The translations under genes and the position numbers were made by a program. A stretch of 63,949 nt of DNA, filler included, from an uncultured bacterium (lineage in GTDB: Bacteria; CAYSBA01), in assembly GCA_964429075.1 (NCBI GenBank). It is 13 parts of 13 records of this genome, joined end to end, with 100 filler letters (N's around TTAATTAATTAA, not from the genome) between each part and the next. Parts side by side here need not be neighbours in the genome. Positions count along the whole stretch, not along the records: positions 54,559 to 59,241 come from CAYSBA010000137.1; positions 59,342 to 63,949 come from CAYSBA010000139.1; 11 more parts are not named here. One strand, 5' to 3'. Under the pieces are notes generated by a model, which had not been told where the DNA came from, made no database searches, and saw only the letters and a list, made by a program, of their open reading frames with translations. Positions 55,332-63,949 of this stretch are shown here, one piece after another. How positions within the stretch are numbered: position 1 is the stretch's first letter; every line of letters begins with the position of its first letter.

Positions 55332-55359
55332 AAGTTCAACCCACATTATGGAGAAGAGT

Positions 55360-56652
55360 ATGAAATTAGCCTATATCAACGAACTAAACAATTTTATTGA
55401 CCAGGATGTTGAGATCAGGGGTTGGGTATACAACCGTAGAAGTAGTGGAAAGGTAAGATTTTTGTTAGTAAGAGATGGTACCGGTATTGTGCAGTGTGTT
55501 CTTGTTAAAGGTCAGATAGATGATGAGTTGTTCGAGGGTTTTGACGAATTATCACAGGAGACATCTATTATTATAACAGGTACTGTCAATAAAGAAAAAA
55601 GGGCACCTGGTGGGGTTGAAATCTTTTTGAAGGATTACATGGTGGTAAATAGATGTGAAAACTACCCGATTTCGCTAAAAGAACATGGTGTTGGCTTTTT
55701 GATGAAACACAGACATCTCTGGCTGCGATCACGAAAACAGGCTGCAATAGCGAGAATAAGAAGCGATGTGGTTTTTTTTATCAGGGAGTTCTTTAATAAT
55801 AGAGGTTTTGTACTGGTTGATGCACCGATTCTGACTCCAAGCGCATGCGAGGGCACAACCACACTCTTTAAAACTGACTACTTTGGACAGGATGCATTTT
55901 TGTCTCAGTCAGGGCAGTTGTATATGGAGGCTGCGTGTATGGCCCTCGGGAAGGTATACTGTTTTGGACCGACATTCAGAGCAGAAAAGTCAAAAACAAG
56001 AAGACATCTGATGGAATTCTGGATGGTTGAACCTGAAGTAGCATACATGCAACTTGATGAAGACATGGACCTTGCTGAAGACCTTGTAATGTATATAGTT
56101 GAACGGACATTGGATAAGGATATAGAGCAACTTAAAATCCTCGAAAGAGATATATCTAAACTCGAAAAGATAAAGAGGCCATTTCCGAGGATCCATTATG
56201 ATGAGGCAATAAAATTGCTAAAGCAGAAGGGTTTTGATATTAGCTGGGGTGACGATTTTGGTGGTGATGAAGAGACTGCACTTTCAGAAAACTTCGATTC
56301 TCCCATCTTTATTCATCGTTTCCCTGCAGAATCAAAGGCCTTTTATATGAGGCGTGACCCGGAAGATGAGAGGTACTCCCTCTCATGTGACATGATTGCA
56401 CCAGAAGGCTACGGTGAAATAGTTGGTGGAGGAGAAAGGGAGTATGATTTGGGAAAACTCCTTGAAAGTCTGAAAATACATAATCTTCCGGAGGATTCCT
56501 ATGATTGGTATCTCGACCTCAGGAGATATGGAAGCGTACCTCATGCAGGATTTGGGCTTGGTCTTGAGCGTGTGATTGCCTGGCTCTGTGGAATACATCA
56601 TGTAAGAGAAACCATAGCATTTCCAAGAATGTTAGACAGAATTTGGCCATAA
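55360..56652 (+). CDS. asnS: Asparaginyl-tRNA synthetase
   Basis: LVRDGTG, RHLWLRS, LSQSGQLY, FGPTFRAEKSKTRRHLMEFWMVEPE, PHAGFGLGLER. Confidence 0.95.
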   Translation: MKLAYINELNNFIDQDVEIRGWVYNRRSSGKVRFLLVRDGTGIVQCVLVKGQIDDELFEGFDELSQETSIIITGTVNKEKRAPGGVEIFLKDYMVVNRCENYPISLKEHGVGFLMKHRHLWLRSRKQAAIARIRSDVVFFIREFFNNRGFVLVDAPILTPSACEGTTTLFKTDYFGQDAFLSQSGQLYMEAACMALGKVYCFGPTFRAEKSKTRRHLMEFWMVEPEVAYMQLDEDMDLAEDLVMYIVERTLDKDIEQLKILERDISKLEKIKRPFPRIHYDEAIKLLKQKGFDISWGDDFGGDEETALSENFDSPIFIHRFPAESKAFYMRRDPEDERYSLSCDMIAPEGYGEIVGGGEREYDLGKLLESLKIHNLPEDSYDWYLDLRRYGSVPHAGFGLGLERVIAWLCGIHHVRETIAFPRMLDRIWP

Positions 56653-56717
56653 TATTTTATTCTATTCTAGTCTTTGAAATTATATTGTGTCTTTTTATGT
56701 TCAAAAAAGGCTATACC

Positions 56718-56749
56718 TTGACACAATATGCCATGATGTGTCATATTAT
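56718..56749 (+). promoter_or_regulatory. Promoter/operator of etfBA
   Basis: TTGACA at 56718 overlapped by inverted repeat TGACACA-N11-TGTGTCA (56719-56743); -10 element ambiguous. Confidence 0.45.
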
Positions 56750-56779
56750 ACCCCACAATAATTGTAGCAAGGAGTAACT

Positions 56780-57532
56780 ATGAAGATTATGGTAACCGTA
56801 AAGAGTGTCATTGATCCTGAATTAAAAATAAAGCTAAAGTCAGATGGGTCAGGTATAGAGTCTGAAGGGCTAAACAGGGTGGTGAATCCATTCGATGAGA
56901 TAGCTGTAGAGGAGGCTTTGAGGATTGTCGAGAAGTTTGGTGGTGAGGTCTTTATTGTAACTATTGGTTCATCAGATTGTGTAACCCAGATGAGAAGTGC
57001 CCTTGCGATGGGAGCAGAAAGGGGCATTCTTGTAAAATATGATGAATACATCGACAACTACAACATTGCACAAATACTTTCCAAGGTCTATGAAATGGAA
57101 AAACCAGATATAGTTTTGATGGGGAAACAGGCGGTTGACGATGATTCAAATCAGGTGGCGCAGATGCTTGCTGGTATCTTAGAACTACCTCAGGCTACAT
57201 TTGCAAGTAAAATAGAGATCGATGAAGAATCAAAAAAGGCTGTTGTAACAAGAGAGGTCGATGGTGGGTTGATGGATGTTGAAGTAGCTCTACCAGCAGT
57301 CATCACAGCAGATCTCAGATTGAATGAACCAAGATACCCATCTTTACCAGGTATAATGAAGGCAAAGAAGAAGGAGATCAAAGAGATGACTCCAGAGGAG
57401 CTTGGTGTAACAATTGAAAATAAGATAGAGATTGTGTCATACGAAGAGCCACCAAAGAGGTCCGGTGGCGAGATTCTACCCGATGTTGATACATTGATAG
57501 ATAGATTAAAGAATACTGCAAAGGTAATATAA
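56780..57532 (+). CDS. etfB: Electron transfer flavoprotein beta subunit
   Basis: NPFDEIAVEEA, ALAMGA, GKQAVDDD, REVDGG, LNEPRY. Confidence 0.96.
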   Translation: MKIMVTVKSVIDPELKIKLKSDGSGIESEGLNRVVNPFDEIAVEEALRIVEKFGGEVFIVTIGSSDCVTQMRSALAMGAERGILVKYDEYIDNYNIAQILSKVYEMEKPDIVLMGKQAVDDDSNQVAQMLAGILELPQATFASKIEIDEESKKAVVTREVDGGLMDVEVALPAVITADLRLNEPRYPSLPGIMKAKKKEIKEMTPEELGVTIENKIEIVSYEEPPKRSGGEILPDVDTLIDRLKNTAKVI

Positions 57533-57547
57533 ATTTGGGAGGAAAAG

Positions 57548-58516
57548 ATGTCTGATATTTTAATAGTTGGTGAGTTAGTAAATAGCGAGATAAAGAAGTC
57601 AACCTACCATGCACTTACAGCTGCAAGAAAGATAAAAGAGTTATCAGATGGCGCAATCGACCTTGTCCTGATGGGAGTGGGGGCAGAGAGTACAGGCTCT
57701 TCACTGGAAGGCTATGGCATTCGAAAGGTTTATTATTTAGATTCAGAAGAGATGGCACCAGGTAATACCGATTTTCATACTGCTGTTATCAGGGATCTTG
57801 TAGAGACAGTGGGTTATGAATTTATCATTGGTGCAAGTACAACCTACACAAAGGATATTCTCCCAAGACTTTCAGCAGAGCTTGATGCAGCTATGGCCTC
57901 TGATGCACTCGATTTTGATATAAAAGATGGTGATTTTATAGTCAAAAGACCAATCTATGCAGGAAATGCACTTGTATGGATAAGGCTCAATGCAGATACA
58001 AAGGTAATTACTGTGCGTAGTACAGAATTTGATGCGGCTGAGAAATCTGAAGGATCGACTGAATTTGAAAAACTCTCTTTACCAGATGTTGAACATAAAA
58101 CAGTTTTTGTTGCCTTTCATGAGACAAAATCTGAGAGACCAGACCTCACAGAGGCAAGAGTGGTTGTATCAGGCGGTAGAGGCACAAAAGGACAGGAGGG
58201 GTTCAAGCTTATCGAAGAACTTGCAGATCTACTGGGTGGTGCTGTTGGAGCAAGCAGGGCTGCTGTTGATGCAGGATGGGTTCCCAACGATCTACAGGTA
58301 GGTCAGACAGGTAAAATAGTAGCACCCGAGCTATATTTTGCAATAGGTATCTCCGGTGCAATACAGCATGTAGCAGGCATGAAGGATTCCAAGGTGATTG
58401 TTGCAATAAATAAGGATGAAGAGGCGCCAATTTTTCAGGTTGCTGACTACGGAATTGTAGGTGATCTTTTTAAGGTTGTGCCAGAACTGATTGAAAAACT
58501 TAAAAAGGAGCTTTAG
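57548..58516 (+). CDS. etfA: Electron transfer flavoprotein alpha subunit
   Basis: [38 protein letters not shown]. Confidence 0.96.
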   Translation: MSDILIVGELVNSEIKKSTYHALTAARKIKELSDGAIDLVLMGVGAESTGSSLEGYGIRKVYYLDSEEMAPGNTDFHTAVIRDLVETVGYEFIIGASTTYTKDILPRLSAELDAAMASDALDFDIKDGDFIVKRPIYAGNALVWIRLNADTKVITVRSTEFDAAEKSEGSTEFEKLSLPDVEHKTVFVAFHETKSERPDLTEARVVVSGGRGTKGQEGFKLIEELADLLGGAVGASRAAVDAGWVPNDLQVGQTGKIVAPELYFAIGISGAIQHVAGMKDSKVIVAINKDEEAPIFQVADYGIVGDLFKVVPELIEKLKKEL

Positions 58517-58517
58517 G

Positions 58518-59072
58518 ATGGTGTTACTCGAGTCTCAAAAGATAGAGCTCGGTACAAAGGCAAAGGATTTTAAACTACCCGGAATAGATGGGAAGATCTA
58601 TACACTTGATAGTTTCAAAGATAAAAAGGTATTAGTAATAATGTTTATCTGTGTACATTGCCCCTATGTGAAGGCTGTTGAGGATAGATTGATAAAACTG
58701 TGTGAAGAGTTTAAAGACAGGGGAGTGCAGTTTGTTGGTATATGTTCCAATGATGCAGAAAACTATCCAGAAGACAGCTTTGAAAACATGAAAAAGCATG
58801 CTCAAGAAAAGGGATATAATTTCCCATACTTACGAGACGAATCTCAGGAAGTAGCAAAGAGCTATGGTGCAGTCTGTACACCAGATATTTATGTTTATGA
58901 TGAGAATAGAGAGCTTGTTTATCATGGAAGAATTGATGATAACTGGCAGGATGAATCAAAAGTAACAAGACGGGATCTCAGAGATGCTATTGTTGCGTTG
59001 TTAGAGGGCAGGAAACCTTCAAAAGAACAGTATCCATCTATGGGTTGTTCCATCAAATGGAAATCTCAGTGA
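58518..59072 (+). CDS. Thioredoxin-fold AhpC/TSA-family protein
   Basis: FICVHCPYV, YPEDS, GAVCTPD, YHGRIDD, PSMGCSIKW. Confidence 0.9.
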   Translation: MVLLESQKIELGTKAKDFKLPGIDGKIYTLDSFKDKKVLVIMFICVHCPYVKAVEDRLIKLCEEFKDRGVQFVGICSNDAENYPEDSFENMKKHAQEKGYNFPYLRDESQEVAKSYGAVCTPDIYVYDENRELVYHGRIDDNWQDESKVTRRDLRDAIVALLEGRKPSKEQYPSMGCSIKWKSQ

Positions 59073-59366
59073 CAAGACTTTTTCCCTAATGTAAAATAAT
59101 TTTACATAAACAAATGCTCTCCTAAGTCATAAATATTTTAGAGAATAAGTTTTAGTCTAAGGCTTTTTAGATATTTTTAACTTTAGCAAATATTTCAGTT
59201 GGAGATAATCTTCACAATTTTTAAAAATCTATTTAAAAAGTNNNNNNNNNNNNNNNNNNNNNNNNNNNNNNNNNNNNNNNNNNNNTTAATTAATTAANNN
59301 NNNNNNNNNNNNNNNNNNNNNNNNNNNNNNNNNNNNNNNNNATACTAAGGTTAATGTTATTAAAGC

Positions 59367-60443
59367 TTATGGTTCAAGAGTTATACTCTTTAAATATAGC
59401 TCACCGTAACTACAGCTTATCTCTTTGCTTGCTCCATCTTTTAATAAATATATAGGAAGATCAGATTCACCTTCCGGGGTGCATTTAAAGTTTATTGGTG
59501 CAAAAAAGACATCATTAGATTTGAATACTGGCATAAGTGAAAATGCATGAAGATTATCAACAGATGCCCTCTTTATTTCAATCTCCATATCTGTATTTTC
59601 TGGTGGAGCCGGATTTAAAATAGCAATTGCATCAAGGTCAAAGCCAGATTTGTCATCAACATGATCAGTATTGCTCGATAGATCTTTGATTTCTATCTCT
59701 CTGACAAAGGAGATACCACTATCTACAAGATCAAAGGTATCACCACCACTATCTGCAGAAAGTGGCGAAGGTTGACACTCACCATCATACAGAACCGGAT
59801 TTATCCCTGCACAGCCCTGCCCGCTTTGGACATCGCATTGATATGTATATTTTCCACTGTCAGAAAAGACAGATACCTCTGCAGGTTCAGTATATACTCC
59901 GCCTCCGATTATCTCAAATGGGTTTTCAAAGATAATAAAATCAGGACCGTCTGCATCATATATATTTACAAAAAGATCTATTTTACCACCCTTACCAAGA
60001 GAAAGTACATCCAGAGAGCCTGCATATCTTCCCCCTCCATGGGGCGGTCCTTCAATAACATCGGGTAGTCTATCATATCCATATCCACCACCTTCCCCCT
60101 TTTGAAAGTCATAGCTACCTTTGAAGAAAAAATTAACTCCATTCTGTAAGACAACTTCAACCTTTACTATACTATCCCCACAACTTATCTCAATCTCTTT
60201 GATGCCGTCCTGAAATCTAAGAAAACCATCTTCAGTAAGCATTTTGCCTCCATCAAGGATCTTGCAATCCTGTGTCAGGGACAGCTCCTTAAGACCATCA
60301 TTTAAGAGTCTATAAATATGTGGTTTTATACATACGTCTCGATGAGCAAAAGCAAGAACAGGTGGATAAAAAAGAAGATCACTTTTCTGAGTGCCACATG
60401 AAACCAGAATTATGAATATAGATACAATTGATATTCTTTTCAT
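59367..60443 (-). CDS. Cell-surface lipoprotein in the B12 operon (putative BtuH-like cobamide-binding protein)
   Basis: Lipobox LVSC; SLGKGGKI...DGPDFIIFENPF...EPAEVSV...GGDTFDL...SGFDLDAI; ATGA-coupled to the upstream gene. Confidence 0.6.
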   Translation of the reverse strand: MKRISIVSIFIILVSCGTQKSDLLFYPPVLAFAHRDVCIKPHIYRLLNDGLKELSLTQDCKILDGGKMLTEDGFLRFQDGIKEIEISCGDSIVKVEVVLQNGVNFFFKGSYDFQKGEGGGYGYDRLPDVIEGPPHGGGRYAGSLDVLSLGKGGKIDLFVNIYDADGPDFIIFENPFEIIGGGVYTEPAEVSVFSDSGKYTYQCDVQSGQGCAGINPVLYDGECQPSPLSADSGGDTFDLVDSGISFVREIEIKDLSSNTDHVDDKSGFDLDAIAILNPAPPENTDMEIEIKRASVDNLHAFSLMPVFKSNDVFFAPINFKCTPEGESDLPIYLLKDGASKEISCSYGELYLKSITLEP

Positions 60444-61939
60444 TTTGCATCCTCCCGGAAAAAACCAGTAAGACAGGCTAAATCGAGATAACCCACACTT
60501 GAATCTATCCCCATCAGAAAAAAAAGCCTGTAGCTACCATCAGAGTCTGTCCTGTCGTCAAGAACAAGATCTATAGGGCCCTGGAAAAGGGGCATTCCTG
60601 TACCAATCTTAACCTGTTCAAAGGGCACCAGATCCTGACCGATAGTATCAGTAAATATCAATTTATCCTGACTGAAAACAGTTGATACGGCAATGCCATA
60701 AGGGAGGCATATGGTAGAAAAGATTGATTCTATCCCATCCTCAGAAATCTCTTTTTTTGAGATTTCACCATCTTCATTTATAATCATGATTTCTGGTACA
60801 ACGAGACTGCCCACAACAACAGCTCTTGACTTAAGATCGATACATCCTGTGCCAGGTCCAAACTTTCCTGTATCTTTGATATTAGTTGTTTCAAAGGTAT
60901 CTCTATCTAAAAATACAATGCCAGAGTCATCTGTGATCTGTGGCCGGTTGTTCTCTCCCTGAAAGTCGATTGTTCCTGAAGAGAAAATCATCAACTCTTT
61001 TTCATTGTATGGAACAATTGCCTGTGGATTCTTGAATGGTAATTCAATATATCTACCAGTTGATGAAATATTACCAGTAGAATTATCTATTGAGTACTCG
61101 ATAATCAACCCTGGTCCAAAATAGGCAGATTCACCATTTTCCGGTCTTGATCGTCTTAAAAAGTTTACATAGGAGACATAGATTTTATTGTCAGATCCAA
61201 AAATAGCCTCTGGATGTCGTGGAATGAATCTTTTGCAGAAATTTGCATCAAGCTGACCATCATTATCACAATCCACATCTATATCGAAGTAAAACTCTCT
61301 ATTAATAGCAGGTGTATCAATGAGGGATAGGACCTCTCCGGATAGTGGGTCAATTACTGATATCCTGTTATCCACAAATAGAGTTACATATATATATCCA
61401 TTATCATACAGTGCCCTGAAGGGATTTACTCCATATGTCTCGATTGTCCTTTGTGCATAGAACTTTTGATCGGTCAATCGTACAAAGGAGATTGTATTGT
61501 CACCAGAATTGACAATACCGAGGGTGTCTTTGCTGATCCTGAATAAATCATTTGCTGTTGTACCACCCTCTGCAAAGTGAGTCTTTACACAACTACCGGG
61601 GCTATCTATCGGTCTGTACAACAGATCTGATGGATTGATATCTGAATGTATCCTTACGGTGATATCTCTGTCATCATAGGTCCCGAGGTCTTTTACAAGC
61701 CGCTGTTCTGGTTTTACAGCAAGCTTGTAGGAAGTTTTGTTTGTATTGATATACAGGGTCGTATCTATTTTTGCAGCCCTCAAAAGATACAAAAGGATCC
61801 TGTTTCCCTTTTTTACAACAAATATCCTCTCGGGATAGAGATCCCTTCTGTTTGGTACCCTAACAGGTATGGATGAGTTTTCATCAAGACCACAACTACA
61901 CAAAAATAAAAAGATTAACATTATAATCACTGCTTTCAT
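60440..61939 (-). CDS. YncE/BtuG-like beta-propeller lipoprotein
   Basis: Lipobox LCSC; propeller-blade repeats (IVNSGDNTISFV, YVTLFVDNRISVID, PEAI...IYVS, NPQAI); ATGA overlap with the receptor gene. Confidence 0.7.
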   Translation of the reverse strand: MKAVIIMLIFLFLCSCGLDENSSIPVRVPNRRDLYPERIFVVKKGNRILLYLLRAAKIDTTLYINTNKTSYKLAVKPEQRLVKDLGTYDDRDITVRIHSDINPSDLLYRPIDSPGSCVKTHFAEGGTTANDLFRISKDTLGIVNSGDNTISFVRLTDQKFYAQRTIETYGVNPFRALYDNGYIYVTLFVDNRISVIDPLSGEVLSLIDTPAINREFYFDIDVDCDNDGQLDANFCKRFIPRHPEAIFGSDNKIYVSYVNFLRRSRPENGESAYFGPGLIIEYSIDNSTGNISSTGRYIELPFKNPQAIVPYNEKELMIFSSGTIDFQGENNRPQITDDSGIVFLDRDTFETTNIKDTGKFGPGTGCIDLKSRAVVVGSLVVPEIMIINEDGEISKKEISEDGIESIFSTICLPYGIAVSTVFSQDKLIFTDTIGQDLVPFEQVKIGTGMPLFQGPIDLVLDDRTDSDGSYRLFFLMGIDSSVGYLDLACLTGFFREDAK

Positions 61940-63753
61940 ACTCCCTCTGGCTTCCATCCTATAGATAGATAAAAGGCCCTTCCTGGAAGAGGCATTCTAT
62001 TTCTGTCTACCCTATCCTTTCTGTCAGTGAGGTTATCAATTCTTAATCCAACCAAAATATCTTTTCGTAATACAAGATTACATTCAAAATTTGTTACCAT
62101 ATATCCTGGTGTTGTCAGCCCTCCAGTAAGATTGACGTAGCTCTTTGATCTTGAATGACTCCATATCATGCAGCTGAAGAAACCATGGTTGTATTTAAAA
62201 CCTGAGTTGTAGACTATTACAGGTATGCCCGGGATAGAGGCACCTGTTTCCTTCACTCTGCTTATGGTCCAATAATATTCCTGCCAGAAAGATAGATTTT
62301 TGAAGATTGCTACCCTGTTGTTTAATGTCAATCCAAGTCGCAGACTCCTGCCGGTGTTTATCGGTGATATAGTGTAAGCATTTATGTTTGCATAAACAAT
62401 TTCGTCTATTGCTGGTGATACAAAGAACTCAAGGTCCAATCTCTCTTTTGAATTCTCTATGGAATAGGCAACCGATATGTTATAGATATCTTCATTTTTT
62501 AGATCAGGATTCCCTCTCAGGTAACCTTCATCAGGATAGTATAGTTCATAAAAATCTGGAAATCTTGATCCCTTTGTTAGACTTATAGATAACCTCTGAT
62601 AATGGTCAGCATTTATATAGCCTTTTAAATCGAATGTTGGCTGCATACCCCTATCCGTTGATGTGATAACTCCAGCCTTAATAGAGGCCCCACCATATTC
62701 TACATCCTTTTTTAACGTTGGCATCAGACTGAGAAAGAGCCTTTCAGGATAGCCACCTTTCCAGTATTCCAGCATCTTTGTATAAGATATAAAGATGGGT
62801 AACAGGATATCCCATCCAGAAATTTGTCGTTCAAGATCTGTAGAGATATCAAACTCAAGTCCACGATTGATATAGTACTTTGGGTTAAAGGGACTTTCAT
62901 CTGTACCCGGATCCTGAAAGTGCAAAAAAGAGTATCTAACCCTTGTTTCAATTTCTAAGATGTTTTCTTTTAAGAGAAAGAATTTCTCCCATTTAATCCA
63001 GTGATCTTCAATATTCTCCTCTGCATTTGGATCCTGATGGGTATCAAAGCCCGGGATTCCTCTTTTCATCCATAAAAACATACCTTCAACACCACTTTTT
63101 TTTTGTTTAATATGTAGACCGTATCTTCTTTTTTGGTTGTTTATCCTTCTTTTTAACCTTCCGGTGGATTGGTCAAAGAATACAGGTCTGTATTCAAAGT
63201 CACCCTCTGTCCTGCTTATATCAAGCTCAAGAATAGTATCTGCTATTTCTGATGATACATTTGTTGTGTAGGTGCCAAAGGATCCTGTTACAAAGGAAAT
63301 ACCGTTTGGCTCATCACGGGTAAGTAGATTTACAGAAGATCCGGATAGGGATAACTTCTGAACCGATTCATCTCTGTTTAACTCAATCTGTCTTATAAAA
63401 GTTGGAGGTATTAAAGAAAGATCAAACCATACTGATAAGGGGCTGTTTATTGGGATACCTGCGACAGAAATCTCTGTTCTTTTGTTGCTGTATCCTCTAT
63501 ATAGAAATCCAATGCTATCTAAGGGACCACCGCTTCTTGACAGTATCAGTCCTGGCACCCTTTCGAGGGAATGCGAGATATCAATATCCAATGTCTGTGG
63601 TATAGAATTATCCTTCAGTAAAAAAGGTTGTGCTGTTATTTTTATTGCAGGTGCTCTTGTTTCAGGGGGTCTTTGTTTTTCTTTTTCAGCTGCAACTGAG
63701 AGATTGCTCAGCAGAAGTTCAAAAAAAAGTATTATAAAAAAATATCTCAACAT
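61936..63753 (-). CDS. btuB: TonB-dependent receptor, cobalamin transporter BtuB-like
   Basis: Signal peptide, plug (LERVPGL...YRG...GIPIN...DLSLIP), RFPDFYELY...GNPDLKNE, IDNLTD...LPGRAFY; directly downstream of a B12 riboswitch. Confidence 0.85.
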   Translation of the reverse strand: MLRYFFIILFFELLLSNLSVAAEKEKQRPPETRAPAIKITAQPFLLKDNSIPQTLDIDISHSLERVPGLILSRSGGPLDSIGFLYRGYSNKRTEISVAGIPINSPLSVWFDLSLIPPTFIRQIELNRDESVQKLSLSGSSVNLLTRDEPNGISFVTGSFGTYTTNVSSEIADTILELDISRTEGDFEYRPVFFDQSTGRLKRRINNQKRRYGLHIKQKKSGVEGMFLWMKRGIPGFDTHQDPNAEENIEDHWIKWEKFFLLKENILEIETRVRYSFLHFQDPGTDESPFNPKYYINRGLEFDISTDLERQISGWDILLPIFISYTKMLEYWKGGYPERLFLSLMPTLKKDVEYGGASIKAGVITSTDRGMQPTFDLKGYINADHYQRLSISLTKGSRFPDFYELYYPDEGYLRGNPDLKNEDIYNISVAYSIENSKERLDLEFFVSPAIDEIVYANINAYTISPINTGRSLRLGLTLNNRVAIFKNLSFWQEYYWTISRVKETGASIPGIPVIVYNSGFKYNHGFFSCMIWSHSRSKSYVNLTGGLTTPGYMVTNFECNLVLRKDILVGLRIDNLTDRKDRVDRNRMPLPGRAFYLSIGWKPEGV

Positions 63754-63784
63754 GCCTCTTTCCTCGAAGAGTTACATGTTGTAA

Positions 63785-63946
63785 CGTATGGGCAGGTCTC
63801 CTGACTTCAGGTGGGCCTTTTTGACCCCCGCACATCCTTCCCGGGACTTTACCCAGTGGATATCAGTGCGGTATTACCCCTGTTACAGTGGCGGGACCGT
63901 GCCGGATTTTCACCGGCTTCCCTATTAAGCCAGAGGCACCCACACG
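63785..63946 (-). ncRNA. Cobalamin (B12) riboswitch
   Basis: Minus strand: CGTGTGGG...AATAGGGAA-GCCGGTGAAAATCCGGC-ACGGTCCCGCCACTGT...CCACTGGG...GGGAAGG...AGTCAGGAGACCTGCCCATACG (B12 box; P1 pairs). Confidence 0.95.
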
Positions 63947-63949
63947 TTT

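Noticed and set aside
51420-59083. Identical 16-mer AGTGACAAGACTTTTT at 51420 and 59068
   Set aside because: One copy is inside coding sequence, and about one such match is expected by chance in 64 kb of AT-rich DNA

Overview
This is not a continuous locus. It is 13 short contigs (about 4.6-4.9 kb each, in decreasing length order) of a low-GC bacterial draft genome or MAG, joined by artificial 100-nt linkers (N44-TTAATTAATTAA-N44), so gene neighbourhood is meaningful only within a contig. Gene content suggests (inference) a diderm deltaproteobacterium, probably Myxococcota-like: Myxococcales-type PilZ protein, Cys-rich lipoproteins, triple PpiC/SurA-pdxA cluster, pilB, and an AtpA C-terminal insertion. 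Most of the window is housekeeping (serA, carA/pyrC, uvrA, mtnA, tdh/kbl, atpHAGDC, asnS, etfBA, PBP1A). The most interesting items are: (1) a cobalamin-riboswitch-controlled operon of a TonB-dependent receptor plus two translationally coupled lipoproteins, resembling the Bacteroidota BtuB/BtuG/BtuH surface-lipoprotein B12 capture system; (2) a CHASE2 adenylate cyclase - tandem NKFDE-GAF/HD-GYP - class II phosphodiesterase module suggesting cAMP to c-di-GMP crosstalk; (3) a b6f-like split Rieske/cytochrome b complex with a heme ci Cys and a pentaheme cytochrome c; (4) repeated promoter-directly-before-start-codon (leaderless) architecture, including a 39-bp bidirectional promoter. I saw no CRISPR array, tRNA, rRNA or recognisable mobile element. 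All calls come from motif recognition by eye; no database searches were run.
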